Source: a virus (Duplodnaviria > Caudoviricetes). From it: 53,853 nucleotides of DNA. Positions within the stretch are counted from its first letter, which is position 1; every line of letters begins with the position of its first letter. This document shows positions 9,268 through 18,557 of the stretch, piece after piece. The translations under genes and the position numbers were made by a program. The stretch spans positions 1 to 53,853 of the IMG/VR virus record IMGVR_UViG_3300033417_000011; one strand, given 5' to 3'. The notes under the pieces were generated by a model. The model was not told the DNA's origin, did not search any database, and worked only from the letters and a program-made list of their open reading frames with translations.

Positions 9268-9726
9268 ATGGCAACAGCAACGATACCCGCAAAGCGACGA
9301 CTAATTCCGAAGGAATACACCGTAAAATTCAAGCAGTTGTTCAGCGGCCTGGAGGTCCACGCCGTACTGGGCGAGCGCGTCCTGGTCGATGAAATCGAGC
9401 CCTACACCGAGGCCGACGCGGCGGCGCAGCGCTCCAACATCGTGGCGCCGCAGGTCTACTACGACTCGAACGGCCAGAAGCGTAACACCGAAAAGCCGCG
9501 CGCCTGTACCGGCATCGTTATCAGCCTGGGCGAGGGCATCACCGACGCGATGAGGGCCGCCGGCCTGGTCGAGAACGCGGCGGTGTGCTTCGGGTCCTAC
9601 GCGGGCACCGAGTACTACATCGGCGGCGCGAAGTTTCGTATCCTGGACGTGAAGGAAATTCTGGCCGTGCTACGCGCGACCGAGGGGAACGACCTGGACG
9701 AAGTGATTGGGCCGGTGAAAGCATGA
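9268..9726 (+). CDS. groES: GroES-like co-chaperonin
   Basis: LGERVLV...TGIVISLGEG...V.FGSYAGTE...FRILDVKEILAVL matches Cpn10. Confidence 0.8.
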   Translation: MATATIPAKRRLIPKEYTVKFKQLFSGLEVHAVLGERVLVDEIEPYTEADAAAQRSNIVAPQVYYDSNGQKRNTEKPRACTGIVISLGEGITDAMRAAGLVENAAVCFGSYAGTEYYIGGAKFRILDVKEILAVLRATEGNDLDEVIGPVKA

Positions 9727-10028
9727 CTCGCCTCACCATCATCTTCCGCCTCTACCGCGACGGCAAGGAAGATCCTGGCTGGGACGTGTACTTGCTGCAG
9801 CGGGAGGTTCACGAGCCGTGGCGGGTTTACGACACGGCAACGAAGCGGTACCGGGAGCGGCGGGAATGTGAGGAGCTTGGCGAGCCGACGTTCCGCATGG
9901 GGCTGAGGCAGTTGAGCGTCTATTGCGACTTCGCCGTAGGGCCGTTAATTGACGTGGAGGTGCTGGTGTCTGATGCGAAGCGCGCCGCGTTCGCGCAAGA
10001 CAATGCGAAGGGCTGGCCGGCGGTCTGA
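9723..10028 (+). CDS. Hypothetical protein
   Basis: ATGA-coupled to groES. Confidence 0.5.
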   Translation: MTRLTIIFRLYRDGKEDPGWDVYLLQREVHEPWRVYDTATKRYRERRECEELGEPTFRMGLRQLSVYCDFAVGPLIDVEVLVSDAKRAAFAQDNAKGWPAV

Positions 10029-10214
10029 GGTTTCTTTGAGGTTTAATTATGTACAGACCTGTATCCTACGCTATGGGCAGTGACCCAAGTTTCGGGCCAC
10101 TGTTCTCCGATAAGCAAGAGGCTATCCGATGGGTTCGACAATTCGGACCATTGGCTGAGTTCACATTCCGGCTGGAGATATGGGAGAAGACCGGCGAGAC
10201 GGGGCTGCTGGAAG

Positions 10215-10409
10215 TTAGCCCTTTTTCAGCGCAACCGAGTTCGCGGGCTTCATCTTCTTAGCCCTGTTGCCGCCGGGCAGCGCGATGGAGTTGCCCATGT
10301 GGCAAGGGACATTGGTCTCGCTCTTGTACGCGCCCAGGGGCGGGACCTGCGAGTTTTTGACCTTGGGAACCTTGGCCCCCATGCGCATGTTCTTGAGTGC
10401 TCTGGACAT
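10215..10409 (-). CDS. Small basic protein
   Basis: GGAGG RBS; last gene of the structural operon. Confidence 0.55.
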   Translation of the reverse strand: MSRALKNMRMGAKVPKVKNSQVPPLGAYKSETNVPCHMGNSIALPGGNRAKKMKPANSVALKKG

Positions 10410-10417
10410 GTTTCCTC

Positions 10418-13366
10418 CTACTCGAAGTCGTGGATGCCCGCTTCCGCGAGGGCTTCTTCTAGTCTAGCAGCCCGCTCGCGGGGGTCGAAGATGATTTCGA
10501 ACCGGCCGCGCCCCACCTGGCGCTTTAGGCTGTTTTCTGCCTCGGTGCGCGCGCGGGAGATTTCCCGCTGCATCAAGGTTTCCTTTTGGTCGGCGCTGGC
10601 GTCCCGGTAATCGGGGGCCGAAATCAATTCGCGCAAGGCGTCGTTGATGCGCTTGCCGGCCAGCGCGGCGCGGCCCCGGTAGTACTTGTCGCTCTCGTGC
10701 TCCTTTTGCCGGGGCCTGCCGAGCGTCGGCTGGCGCAGGTAGAGTTCCTTGGCCAGCGGATCGTTCATGATGCGCGCCTCGGAGCCGATGCCGGGGTTGA
10801 TGGCGGCCCAGGGGTTCTGCTCGCGCTTTCTGCCGAGCGGCGTGCGCTCAACCGGCAGGGTCTGCCGCAAGCCGGGGATGCGCTCGCGGAACGCGGCGCC
10901 GATGCCCTGCCCGCGTGTCTCGCGCTGGTAGGGGTCGAGGAACCCGGCGACGTCGGCGACGGCGGTCGGGACGGCGCTGCCCAGGGTGCGCTGCCCAGTG
11001 CGCTCCAGGGCATTCGACAAGTCGCCGCGCGCCAGGTCGGCAATCTCCATCTGGCCGCTCAACATCGGCGACTCCGAGCCCATGCGCACCACGCCACCGA
11101 GCACGTTGGCGCCCTTCTGGAACTTGCTTTCGTCGGCGCGATGCTGGTCGTACATGTAGGCCCCGACGCTCATAATCTGGACGGGCGGCGATGCGGCGGC
11201 AAGGTTGTACCAGGTGTCGCCGATACGGACCGAGCCCGACATCTCGCCAGTTTCGGTAGCGACGGCACGGCCGCTCGGGGTCTCGGCCCGAATGCCGCTC
11301 ATCGCCGGCGGGCCCTTCTCGTCGGTGAAGGGGTTCAGCCCGAGCCAGCCGCTCTCGCGCAGCTTCCAGCCCATGTAAAGCAGCGGCGCGCCGAGCGAGC
11401 CGCGCCCAAACGCCATACTGATGGCCCGCTGCTGCTCGGGGGTGAAGGTCTTTTTGACCGCGCCCTCGACGCCGGCCTCAACAGCCTTACGGCTGGCCCG
11501 GATATCAGCGGCAGCCCCCATGCTTTTGCCGACGCCGCGAACGAGGCCGCCGCCGCTGAAGTCCAGCGCCCGCATAATAACGGCGGAGGGGGTGCGGTTG
11601 AACGGGAAGAAGCGGTCAAAGGCGAGCTTCATGGCCCCCTTGGCGGCGGCCTCCCCTTGGTTTGACGACGGGCTGGCGAGCGACGCGCGAGCCCCCTTGA
11701 GGATACTGCCGGGGATGGTGTCGTTCGCGTAGACCGAGAACGCCCCGTAGGCGACCGCCTCCGACATCATCTCCTCGGTCCGGTTGTCGTAGAACTCCTT
11801 CGCCAGCGACTCAATGGAAGACCGGCTGCCCGCCCGCCTGGCGTTGACCGCCATAACGCGGGATTGCTCCCTCAACGACCGCTCGATCGCGTAGACGCGA
11901 AAGGGCTTATCCTGGGCCGACATCCACCGGAACGTCGTGTTGACGTAGGCGTCAAAAATCTTCGAGCCGCTGACCATCTCGCGGGGGAAGTCGAGCTTCG
12001 CGAGCTCTTCCGCCGGGGCGCCGTGCTTCATGGTCTGCTTGAGTTCGGCCACGCCTTTGGTGGCCCCCTGCCGGGCGGCGGCTTTGAGGTCCGAGAAGTT
12101 CGGCATCAGCACGCCACGCTGTTTTGAAAACAGGCTGATCGACCAGTCCACCGCCGCCGCCGGAACGCGGGTCGCTTCCTCCAGCACCGGGCCGCCGGTA
12201 AGGTTCGACAGGATGTTGCGGCCCGTCGTCTTGGGGCCGGTCAGTAGGCCCGCCCGCCAAACGCTGGAAATCACATCGGTAATCGGGGTGCGCCGCAGCT
12301 TCTGCAACTGCCCCGACAGGTCGGCGATACCGGCCACGTCCCCGGCGCCGTCCCCGGCGGCCCGGGCTTCTTTGGCGCGCTTCAGCGCGGCCACGATGCC
12401 GCTGGTCTGGTCGGTGGTCAGGGGCACGCCCCGGTTCAGCCGCTTGGCGCGGTTGAGCCAGTACGACGGGTCCAGGTTCCTCTTGGCCCCCTCCTGGATC
12501 ATCCTGAGGTTCAGCCCCGCCTGCGACCCGGTGCGGTCGATAAAGCGGAGGGTCTTGTCGAGCTCGCCTTCGAGCTGCCCGATGATCCCTTGGAGGGCGT
12601 TCTCCTCGCCTGAGGTGAATAGCGCCCCCTGCTTCTGCTTCTCGGCGAGCTCCATCGACATCTGGTGAATGGTGTCGCCAAGGGTGTTGGCCTCGTTGCG
12701 CGCCCACTTCAGAACAGCGGGGTCGCGCACGGGGTCTTTAGCCGGGGCGTTGATGATGCGCCTGACCGCCGAAGGGTCGAGCCCGGTGGCGGCTTCCTCG
12801 AGCTGTTCCACCGTGACGGGCGGGCGCCGCTCGGGCAGCACGTCCAGGAACCCCTTGAACCGCTCCTTGGCGGCGTCGGAGAGGAAGTCCATGCCCTTGT
12901 AGAGGTCGGTGCGTCCCAGCGGCGCGCCGCGCCCACCGAACACCTTGGCCGCCGTCTTCAGCGGCGCGGCGGCTACGGGGTTCAGAAAGTCCGAGGGGTC
13001 AACCTGGTCGGTGGGGGCGATGAAGTCGAGCGCCTTGCCGATGTCGCGGTAGGCGGACCCGAACGGCCCCTTGGCCGCCGGGGAGTCTTCGGCGATGCCC
13101 AAGGTTTGCGATAGCGGCGGCTGGGACCGCACCTGATCCGCCGGCAGAATCGATTCCGCCATGGCGGACCGGGCGTCTCGTGTGGCGGCCTGCCGCAAGT
13201 CCTGGCCGGGGTCAGGGGGCGGCGCTACCTGCGGGCGCGGCTGCGCGAGGTTCTGCATGAACCGCTGGCGCAACTCGTCGCCGGGGTTCGGCTGCATGGG
13301 CGGCAGAAACTTGGGCTGCTGCTGGCCCATGGCGCGAAGCAAAGCCTGTAGCGGCGTTTCCGGCAT
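10418..13366 (-). CDS. Large internal virion/ejection protein
   Basis: 982 aa, helical and Ala-rich, at the end of a podovirus-like morphogenesis operon. Confidence 0.55.
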   Translation of the reverse strand: MPETPLQALLRAMGQQQPKFLPPMQPNPGDELRQRFMQNLAQPRPQVAPPPDPGQDLRQAATRDARSAMAESILPADQVRSQPPLSQTLGIAEDSPAAKGPFGSAYRDIGKALDFIAPTDQVDPSDFLNPVAAAPLKTAAKVFGGRGAPLGRTDLYKGMDFLSDAAKERFKGFLDVLPERRPPVTVEQLEEAATGLDPSAVRRIINAPAKDPVRDPAVLKWARNEANTLGDTIHQMSMELAEKQKQGALFTSGEENALQGIIGQLEGELDKTLRFIDRTGSQAGLNLRMIQEGAKRNLDPSYWLNRAKRLNRGVPLTTDQTSGIVAALKRAKEARAAGDGAGDVAGIADLSGQLQKLRRTPITDVISSVWRAGLLTGPKTTGRNILSNLTGGPVLEEATRVPAAAVDWSISLFSKQRGVLMPNFSDLKAAARQGATKGVAELKQTMKHGAPAEELAKLDFPREMVSGSKIFDAYVNTTFRWMSAQDKPFRVYAIERSLREQSRVMAVNARRAGSRSSIESLAKEFYDNRTEEMMSEAVAYGAFSVYANDTIPGSILKGARASLASPSSNQGEAAAKGAMKLAFDRFFPFNRTPSAVIMRALDFSGGGLVRGVGKSMGAAADIRASRKAVEAGVEGAVKKTFTPEQQRAISMAFGRGSLGAPLLYMGWKLRESGWLGLNPFTDEKGPPAMSGIRAETPSGRAVATETGEMSGSVRIGDTWYNLAAASPPVQIMSVGAYMYDQHRADESKFQKGANVLGGVVRMGSESPMLSGQMEIADLARGDLSNALERTGQRTLGSAVPTAVADVAGFLDPYQRETRGQGIGAAFRERIPGLRQTLPVERTPLGRKREQNPWAAINPGIGSEARIMNDPLAKELYLRQPTLGRPRQKEHESDKYYRGRAALAGKRINDALRELISAPDYRDASADQKETLMQREISRARTEAENSLKRQVGRGRFEIIFDPRERAARLEEALAEAGIHDFE

Positions 13367-14764
13367 CTAGAACTGGTCTTTCGGCAACCCCTCGGCCGCC
13401 GCCGATCCGGGGCTCATCGATCCGAAGCCGCTGGCTTTCTGCGCCATAATCGCCTCGATATCGAGCAGGTCGTCGCTCAACCAGCGGTTGATTTTCGCGT
13501 CCTCGCGGAGCATGCGGATGGCTTCCTTGAGGCTCCCGCCCGCGCGCGCGTAGTAGTAGGCCGCGTTGCGCTGCCGGGCGGCGTAGTCCTGCTTCTCAAC
13601 TTCGCGCTCTTCGGCCCGCCCTTCGGCGGCAGCGGCGCGGCCTTCGCCCCGAGCCGCCCTGGCTTCGGCGCTATCGGCCCGCTTATCGCCCTTGGCGGCC
13701 CGCTCCTGCTCGCGGATGTCGGTCGAGGGGAACTGTTCGAGCAGCGTCCCCAACGAGTCGTAGTCCCCGGCCAACTCAAACGCGGTCGCGGCGGACCACA
13801 TCGACGGCGGGGAGTCGGGCAGCTTCGAGCGCCAGAACTTGTACGAGTCGCCTGGGTCCACGATGGCCTCGGCGTCGTTGACCGCGAACAGGCCGGCGTC
13901 GGGAACCTCGGCTGCCGCGACCGACTGCATGATCTTGGGCAGGTTCTCAGCGTCTACCTTACCGGCTAGGCTGGCGGTCAGCTTGGTCATCTCGACGGCC
14001 CAGCCCGACGCCTTGACCTTCTCGGGTGTGGTCTTGAGGGCGTCGGCAAGCTGCTTGGTTTTGATGTCGTCCTTCAGCAACTCCGGGATGCCCTTGGTGA
14101 CGCCCAGCATCTCGCCAAGCTGGGCGGCCTGCATCCACTTGTCCGACCCCGGCTTCTCGGTGGTCATGGTCTTGACGATCTGGGCCGCCAGCATTTCCTT
14201 CTCCATGCCAGCCTGCCCCTGCTGCTGCATCTTATCCATAGCCTGATGGACGCCAGCGTTGCCCGGGATGGGCGGCTGCTCTCGGAACGGGTCGCTGACC
14301 GCCGCGCCGAGCCTACCGAAAAAACCCTTCCCTCCACCGCCGCCCGGCATGGGGGCTCCGCCCTGCGGCATCCCGCCCATCGGGCCGCCGCCGGGCATGC
14401 CACCACCCATTCCGCCGCCGGGCATGGGCGGGGCCTGTTGGGCCTGCTGCTTTTCCATCGGGGTCTGGCCTTCGTAGTCGAAGTTGAACCCGGCGGTACG
14501 GGCGTCGCGGGCCATCTTCTTGCGGTCCACGGGCAACCCGAGCTGCATCATTTGGATGCCTTCGAGGAACCGCTGGCGGGCGGACTGCTTCTCGCCCTCC
14601 TTGGCGTCCCGAAAGCCGCCGACAAAGCTGTTGATGCCCTCGACGATCTGGTTGGCGACCGGCGTCCGTGACGACACAAGGTCGTTCGGCTGGCCGTAGA
14701 CGCCGCCCTGCGGGCCTTGGCGCGGGAAACCGCGACCGGGTAGTGGAGCTCCGTATCCGCCCAT
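13367..14764 (-). CDS. Putative internal virion protein
   Basis: GGAGG RBS before the ATG at 14764; Gly/Met/Gln-rich. Confidence 0.5.
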   Translation of the reverse strand: MGGYGAPLPGRGFPRQGPQGGVYGQPNDLVSSRTPVANQIVEGINSFVGGFRDAKEGEKQSARQRFLEGIQMMQLGLPVDRKKMARDARTAGFNFDYEGQTPMEKQQAQQAPPMPGGGMGGGMPGGGPMGGMPQGGAPMPGGGGGKGFFGRLGAAVSDPFREQPPIPGNAGVHQAMDKMQQQGQAGMEKEMLAAQIVKTMTTEKPGSDKWMQAAQLGEMLGVTKGIPELLKDDIKTKQLADALKTTPEKVKASGWAVEMTKLTASLAGKVDAENLPKIMQSVAAAEVPDAGLFAVNDAEAIVDPGDSYKFWRSKLPDSPPSMWSAATAFELAGDYDSLGTLLEQFPSTDIREQERAAKGDKRADSAEARAARGEGRAAAAEGRAEEREVEKQDYAARQRNAAYYYARAGGSLKEAIRMLREDAKINRWLSDDLLDIEAIMAQKASGFGSMSPGSAAAEGLPKDQF

Positions 14765-14765
14765 G

Positions 14766-16991
14766 TTATCCTCCCTGTCCGTAACTCGGATCGAAGTTGC
14801 CGCCGCCGCCACCGCTCAGCAGCGGGCCGAGCAGGCCCATCAGCCCGCCCATCCCGCCCAGCAGGCTAGAGGTGTAGTTCGGCGTGAACTGCGGGTACGC
14901 CGTCGGCGGGTAGCCCGTCGAGCCCGAGAACAGGTACGGCAGCAGGGGATTCGACTCGGGTTGCGTCCGCAGGAACTCGTTATAGAGCCGGTCAATCTGG
15001 TCCTGCTGCAGCCCGTACTGCTGCATCCCCAACTGCCCGCCCGTCAACAGGTTCTGCTGCCAGTCCTGGGACAGGTTCCCGGCGGTGCCGAGCATGAGCT
15101 GCAGCAACTGCTGCTGGCGTTGGGCCTCGGCCATCCCGGCCTGATTCTCGGCCCCGAACAGCCCCTGCGCCCCGAGCATCGAATTATTGAGCAGTTGCGA
15201 GGCCGCGTTTTGCGAGGCGTTGAACATGTTCATGGCCGTGCCGTAGGACTGCTGGCCCTGCTGCATGTCCGCCTGAAACGCCTGATTCGACAACTGCGAC
15301 GCGCCCTGGAAGCCCTGGCCGCCCAGCTGGCCGGCCGCCTGCAGCTCACGCGCGCGCGCCGCTTCCTGGGCCTGCAGGGTCATCTGTCCCAGCAGCGAGT
15401 TCTGGTCGAGCCCGGTCTGTGAGTAGAAGTCCGTCATGGCGTCGCCGAACACCGACGAGAAGCGGTTGCCGCTCACATTGAACTGCTCGCCAATCTGCGC
15501 CGCCATGCGGTCGATGTTGCGTTGCTGCGCCGCGACCATCGCCTCCCAGGCGGGCGTCGCATCCGTGGCATACCCGGCGTTTTCGGCGATGCCGCGCAGG
15601 TAGCCGACATCGTTGGTCGCATCGGCCAAAAAGGCATCGGGCGAGTTCGGTGACCCGATGCCGCCCCCGGGCGTACCCGTGTCTACCGAGATCGGCGGGA
15701 AGGGGTTGGCCCCTCCCCCGGCTCCGCCGCCGGGACTGCCAGCCCCTCCACCGCCGCCGGTACCGCCCCCGCCCGCAGGCGGAAACGGATTCGGATTGAA
15801 GGTCCCGCCGCCCCCCGGCGCGGATCCACCACCAGTGCCGCCGCCGCCGGGCCCGGGCTGCGGCTGAAAGGTCCCCGGGGAGCCGAAGCCCTCGAACGGG
15901 TTGAAGTTCGTGCTGCTACCAGCCGGCAGATTCGTGGTCGCCCCGCCCTGGTTCTGGCCGAAGTGCTGCGGGAACTGGAACCCGGAATAGGGGCCCGTGG
16001 GGGTCTGCGCCCCGTACCAGTCAAGCGCCCCCTGGTTAATCATGCCCTGGTTCGACGGATCAGCCGCGCCAACCTGCCCGAGCGAGTACTGGCCGCCCAG
16101 CACCGATTCGGGGCCGTACCCGGCCTGGCCGATCAGGTGCGGCGGGATCAGCGGCGAGATGGGCCCGTAAAGGTTCGACTCGGTACCCGACTGGCGGCCC
16201 GTCAGAAGTTGCTGCGACTGGACGCGCTCGGCCAGCAGGGCGTTATCGGCCCCGGTGCCAAAGGTCTGGCCCGCCATGCCGGGCATCAGGTACTCGTTAT
16301 GGTCGGTCAGGACAGGCGCTGGCATGCCGTAGACCGACCCCAGGTCGCCCTCCATCAGCGGCCCCTGGCCCGAGAACCAATCCGAGAACTGCTGCGGCGT
16401 CTGGAAGCTGCCGGGCGCCAGCGACCCCACCGGCGAGGTGGGCAGGTTCGAGCCCACCGGCACGGCGGCCGCTGGCGTCCCCGGCAGGGGCGCGCCGCGC
16501 TGGCGCGCCGGGTTGATGCCATCCGGCCCCGCCTCGGCTCCAGGGTAGGCGCGGCCCGAGGTATCGGGCTGGGTGATCGACGCGGGGTCGTAGGCCGCCT
16601 GCGCCATCATATCGGTGACGCCCGCGTTCTGGTAGAGGTCGGCGAGAACCTGCGCCTGGCCGGCCTGCGTCGCCCCTTGCATCGTCGAGGTCGCGTTTTG
16701 AATGGCCTGGTTGACGGCGGTCGGCGTGTAGACCGAGCCGACGCCAGAGCCGGGCTGCCCGGAGGTCGCGGCTTTCGAGGCGGTCGTGCCGACTACCGAC
16801 GAGATGGTGCCGGGGTTGGTCCAGCCGATATCCTTGGCAAACGAGGAGCTGCTGATGATCGGGCCGTCCGGGCCTTCGCGCCACCTTGGCAATGAGCCAT
16901 GCGATTGGTAATATGCTTCAATCTGAGCAGGTGTGACCTTGCCGCCGGAGGCTTTGACAAGCGGGTTGTTAGCAAAATCTGGGACCGCCAT
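14766..16991 (-). CDS. Gly/Gln-rich internal virion (DNA pilot-like) protein
   Basis: 741 aa, low complexity, Gln-rich helical C-terminus, position typical of ejection proteins. Confidence 0.5.
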   Translation of the reverse strand: MAVPDFANNPLVKASGGKVTPAQIEAYYQSHGSLPRWREGPDGPIISSSSFAKDIGWTNPGTISSVVGTTASKAATSGQPGSGVGSVYTPTAVNQAIQNATSTMQGATQAGQAQVLADLYQNAGVTDMMAQAAYDPASITQPDTSGRAYPGAEAGPDGINPARQRGAPLPGTPAAAVPVGSNLPTSPVGSLAPGSFQTPQQFSDWFSGQGPLMEGDLGSVYGMPAPVLTDHNEYLMPGMAGQTFGTGADNALLAERVQSQQLLTGRQSGTESNLYGPISPLIPPHLIGQAGYGPESVLGGQYSLGQVGAADPSNQGMINQGALDWYGAQTPTGPYSGFQFPQHFGQNQGGATTNLPAGSSTNFNPFEGFGSPGTFQPQPGPGGGGTGGGSAPGGGGTFNPNPFPPAGGGGTGGGGGAGSPGGGAGGGANPFPPISVDTGTPGGGIGSPNSPDAFLADATNDVGYLRGIAENAGYATDATPAWEAMVAAQQRNIDRMAAQIGEQFNVSGNRFSSVFGDAMTDFYSQTGLDQNSLLGQMTLQAQEAARARELQAAGQLGGQGFQGASQLSNQAFQADMQQGQQSYGTAMNMFNASQNAASQLLNNSMLGAQGLFGAENQAGMAEAQRQQQLLQLMLGTAGNLSQDWQQNLLTGGQLGMQQYGLQQDQIDRLYNEFLRTQPESNPLLPYLFSGSTGYPPTAYPQFTPNYTSSLLGGMGGLMGLLGPLLSGGGGGNFDPSYGQGG

Positions 16992-17561
16992 TTACGCATT
17001 CCTCCCCACCTGCCGCGTCGGAATCGGCGGCGGTCGATACCCCGGCCCGCCCTGCCCCGTCAGAAACGGATTGAGCAGGTTCGCCATCGACTGTGAGGGC
17101 GCTCCGAACTGCGCCGTCGATGACACCGCCTGCCCGGCCTGCGACGGCGCGCCATACTGGGCCGCGAGCGACATCATCTGGTTGCCCACGCCGCCGGTTC
17201 CGCCGTACTGCATCATGTTGGCGAGGCGCGGATCCTGCTGGCCGATGCCGGGGTTGGCGACAAACTGCGCCATGGCGGAGTTGCCGGCGTTCCAGGGTTG
17301 CCAGTTCCCGTAGACCTCCGGCAGCCGCGTCTGGTTGATATCCGGCGACAACTGCCCCGGATAGGGCGCAACGCCGTAGGGCACCGGCTCCCCTGACGAC
17401 GAATCAAACTGATTCGACAGGAACCGCCCCATGGCGAAGTTGAGGTCGGGGAACATCGGCGGCAGCGGCTCGGGGTTCACCTGGTCCTGGCCGCCCAGAA
17501 GGCTGCCGGTCAGGCCAAGGGCGCCGCCGATTAGCGGGATGAAAGGAATCAACTGGGACAT
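16992..17561 (-). CDS. Putative pilot/ejection protein
   Basis: N-terminal IGGALGLTGSLLGG amphipathic motif typical of podovirus pilot proteins. Confidence 0.45.
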   Translation of the reverse strand: MSQLIPFIPLIGGALGLTGSLLGGQDQVNPEPLPPMFPDLNFAMGRFLSNQFDSSSGEPVPYGVAPYPGQLSPDINQTRLPEVYGNWQPWNAGNSAMAQFVANPGIGQQDPRLANMMQYGGTGGVGNQMMSLAAQYGAPSQAGQAVSSTAQFGAPSQSMANLLNPFLTGQGGPGYRPPPIPTRQVGRNA

Positions 17562-17571
17562 CTTTCCCTCC

Positions 17572-17928
17572 TCATACGCGGCCGTCGTAAACCTGCCAGT
17601 TCTCGCGCTTCGTGAGCCCGAGCCGCTTCAGGTAATCGCCATGCTGGTCGTTGGTGGCGTGGGTGATGAAGCCGCCCTTGCCGCTCAGCAATCCCCGCGC
17701 GCGCTCGAACAGCCGCTTGGCGACCGTGCCGAAGCGGTGCTTGTCGGCAACCCACACCGGCTCAACGTGCGGCACGAACTGCACGAACGCGAAGCCCTGG
17801 ATTTGGCCAGCGTCATCCTCGGCCACGACCACGCGCGTAGCGCCCGCCACGGGGCGCATCGCCGGTTCCAGCCACTCGTTGTCGGCCAGCTTGTAGAACT
17901 CTTCCGGCTGCAACTCTCGAATCTTCAT
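17572..17928 (-). CDS. GNAT-fold acetyltransferase-like protein
   Basis: MKIREL...VVVAEDDAGQIQGF...VWVADKHR.G.VAKRL...YLKRLG. Confidence 0.6.
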   Translation of the reverse strand: MKIRELQPEEFYKLADNEWLEPAMRPVAGATRVVVAEDDAGQIQGFAFVQFVPHVEPVWVADKHRFGTVAKRLFERARGLLSGKGGFITHATNDQHGDYLKRLGLTKRENWQVYDGRV

Positions 17929-18557
17929 ACCAGCCTTCCCCTGTGGACCGTAACGGCGAGGTCGTACTCGCCGGTGTAGCTCGTCAGCGAAGCAACGCGA
18001 ATTGATACGGTCAGGTTCGACCCGTAGGGCAGGTTGGCCGGGATGTACATCGCGTGGCCGTCCACGTCGCCCGACTGCGGCACGTCGCCCACTGTCACGA
18101 ATACCTGCCGCGCCTTGCCCCATTTGCGGTCGGCGAACACGATTTGCATTTCCTTGTTGCCGCCGCCGTCGAGGTTCGTGCGGATGAAAACGTCCGAGGT
18201 CCCGCCCGAGGCGGTGTACTTTGAAACCACGATGCCAATGCCGATCAGCGTCCCGGTCTCGTTGACGTTGATGACCTCGACGGTCTGCGTCCCCGCGTCC
18301 ACAGCCACCACGGCCTCGACGGGCTCCATCAATTCAAAGCGGTCCAACTCGGTAACTGGCACGTCCACGGGCTCCGTTCCGGCGAGATGCGTCACATCGC
18401 CTGTAAGTTGCGGGATCGCCTCGGTGCGCAGGTACCCCGAGGTCGGCGAGAAGCGCTGGCGCAGCCATTCGAGGCCCGGTAGAACCTTCTCTTCGCGCTC
18501 GGACTCCAGCGTCTCTAGCCGCTTCTTGAGTTCGGTGATTTCCTGGTCGGTCGTCAT
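17925..18557 (-). CDS. Hypothetical structural protein
   Basis: Coupled ORF in the tail module; beta-rich C-terminus. Confidence 0.5.
   Translation of the reverse strand: MTTDQEITELKKRLETLESEREEKVLPGLEWLRQRFSPTSGYLRTEAIPQLTGDVTHLAGTEPVDVPVTELDRFELMEPVEAVVAVDAGTQTVEVINVNETGTLIGIGIVVSKYTASGGTSDVFIRTNLDGGGNKEMQIVFADRKWGKARQVFVTVGDVPQSGDVDGHAMYIPANLPYGSNLTVSIRVASLTSYTGEYDLAVTVHRGRLV

Noticed and set aside
15640-15860. ccgccg-rich low-complexity stretch
   Set aside because: It has period 3 and encodes a Gly/Pro linker in the 741-aa virion protein, so it is unrelated to the 5-nt tracts
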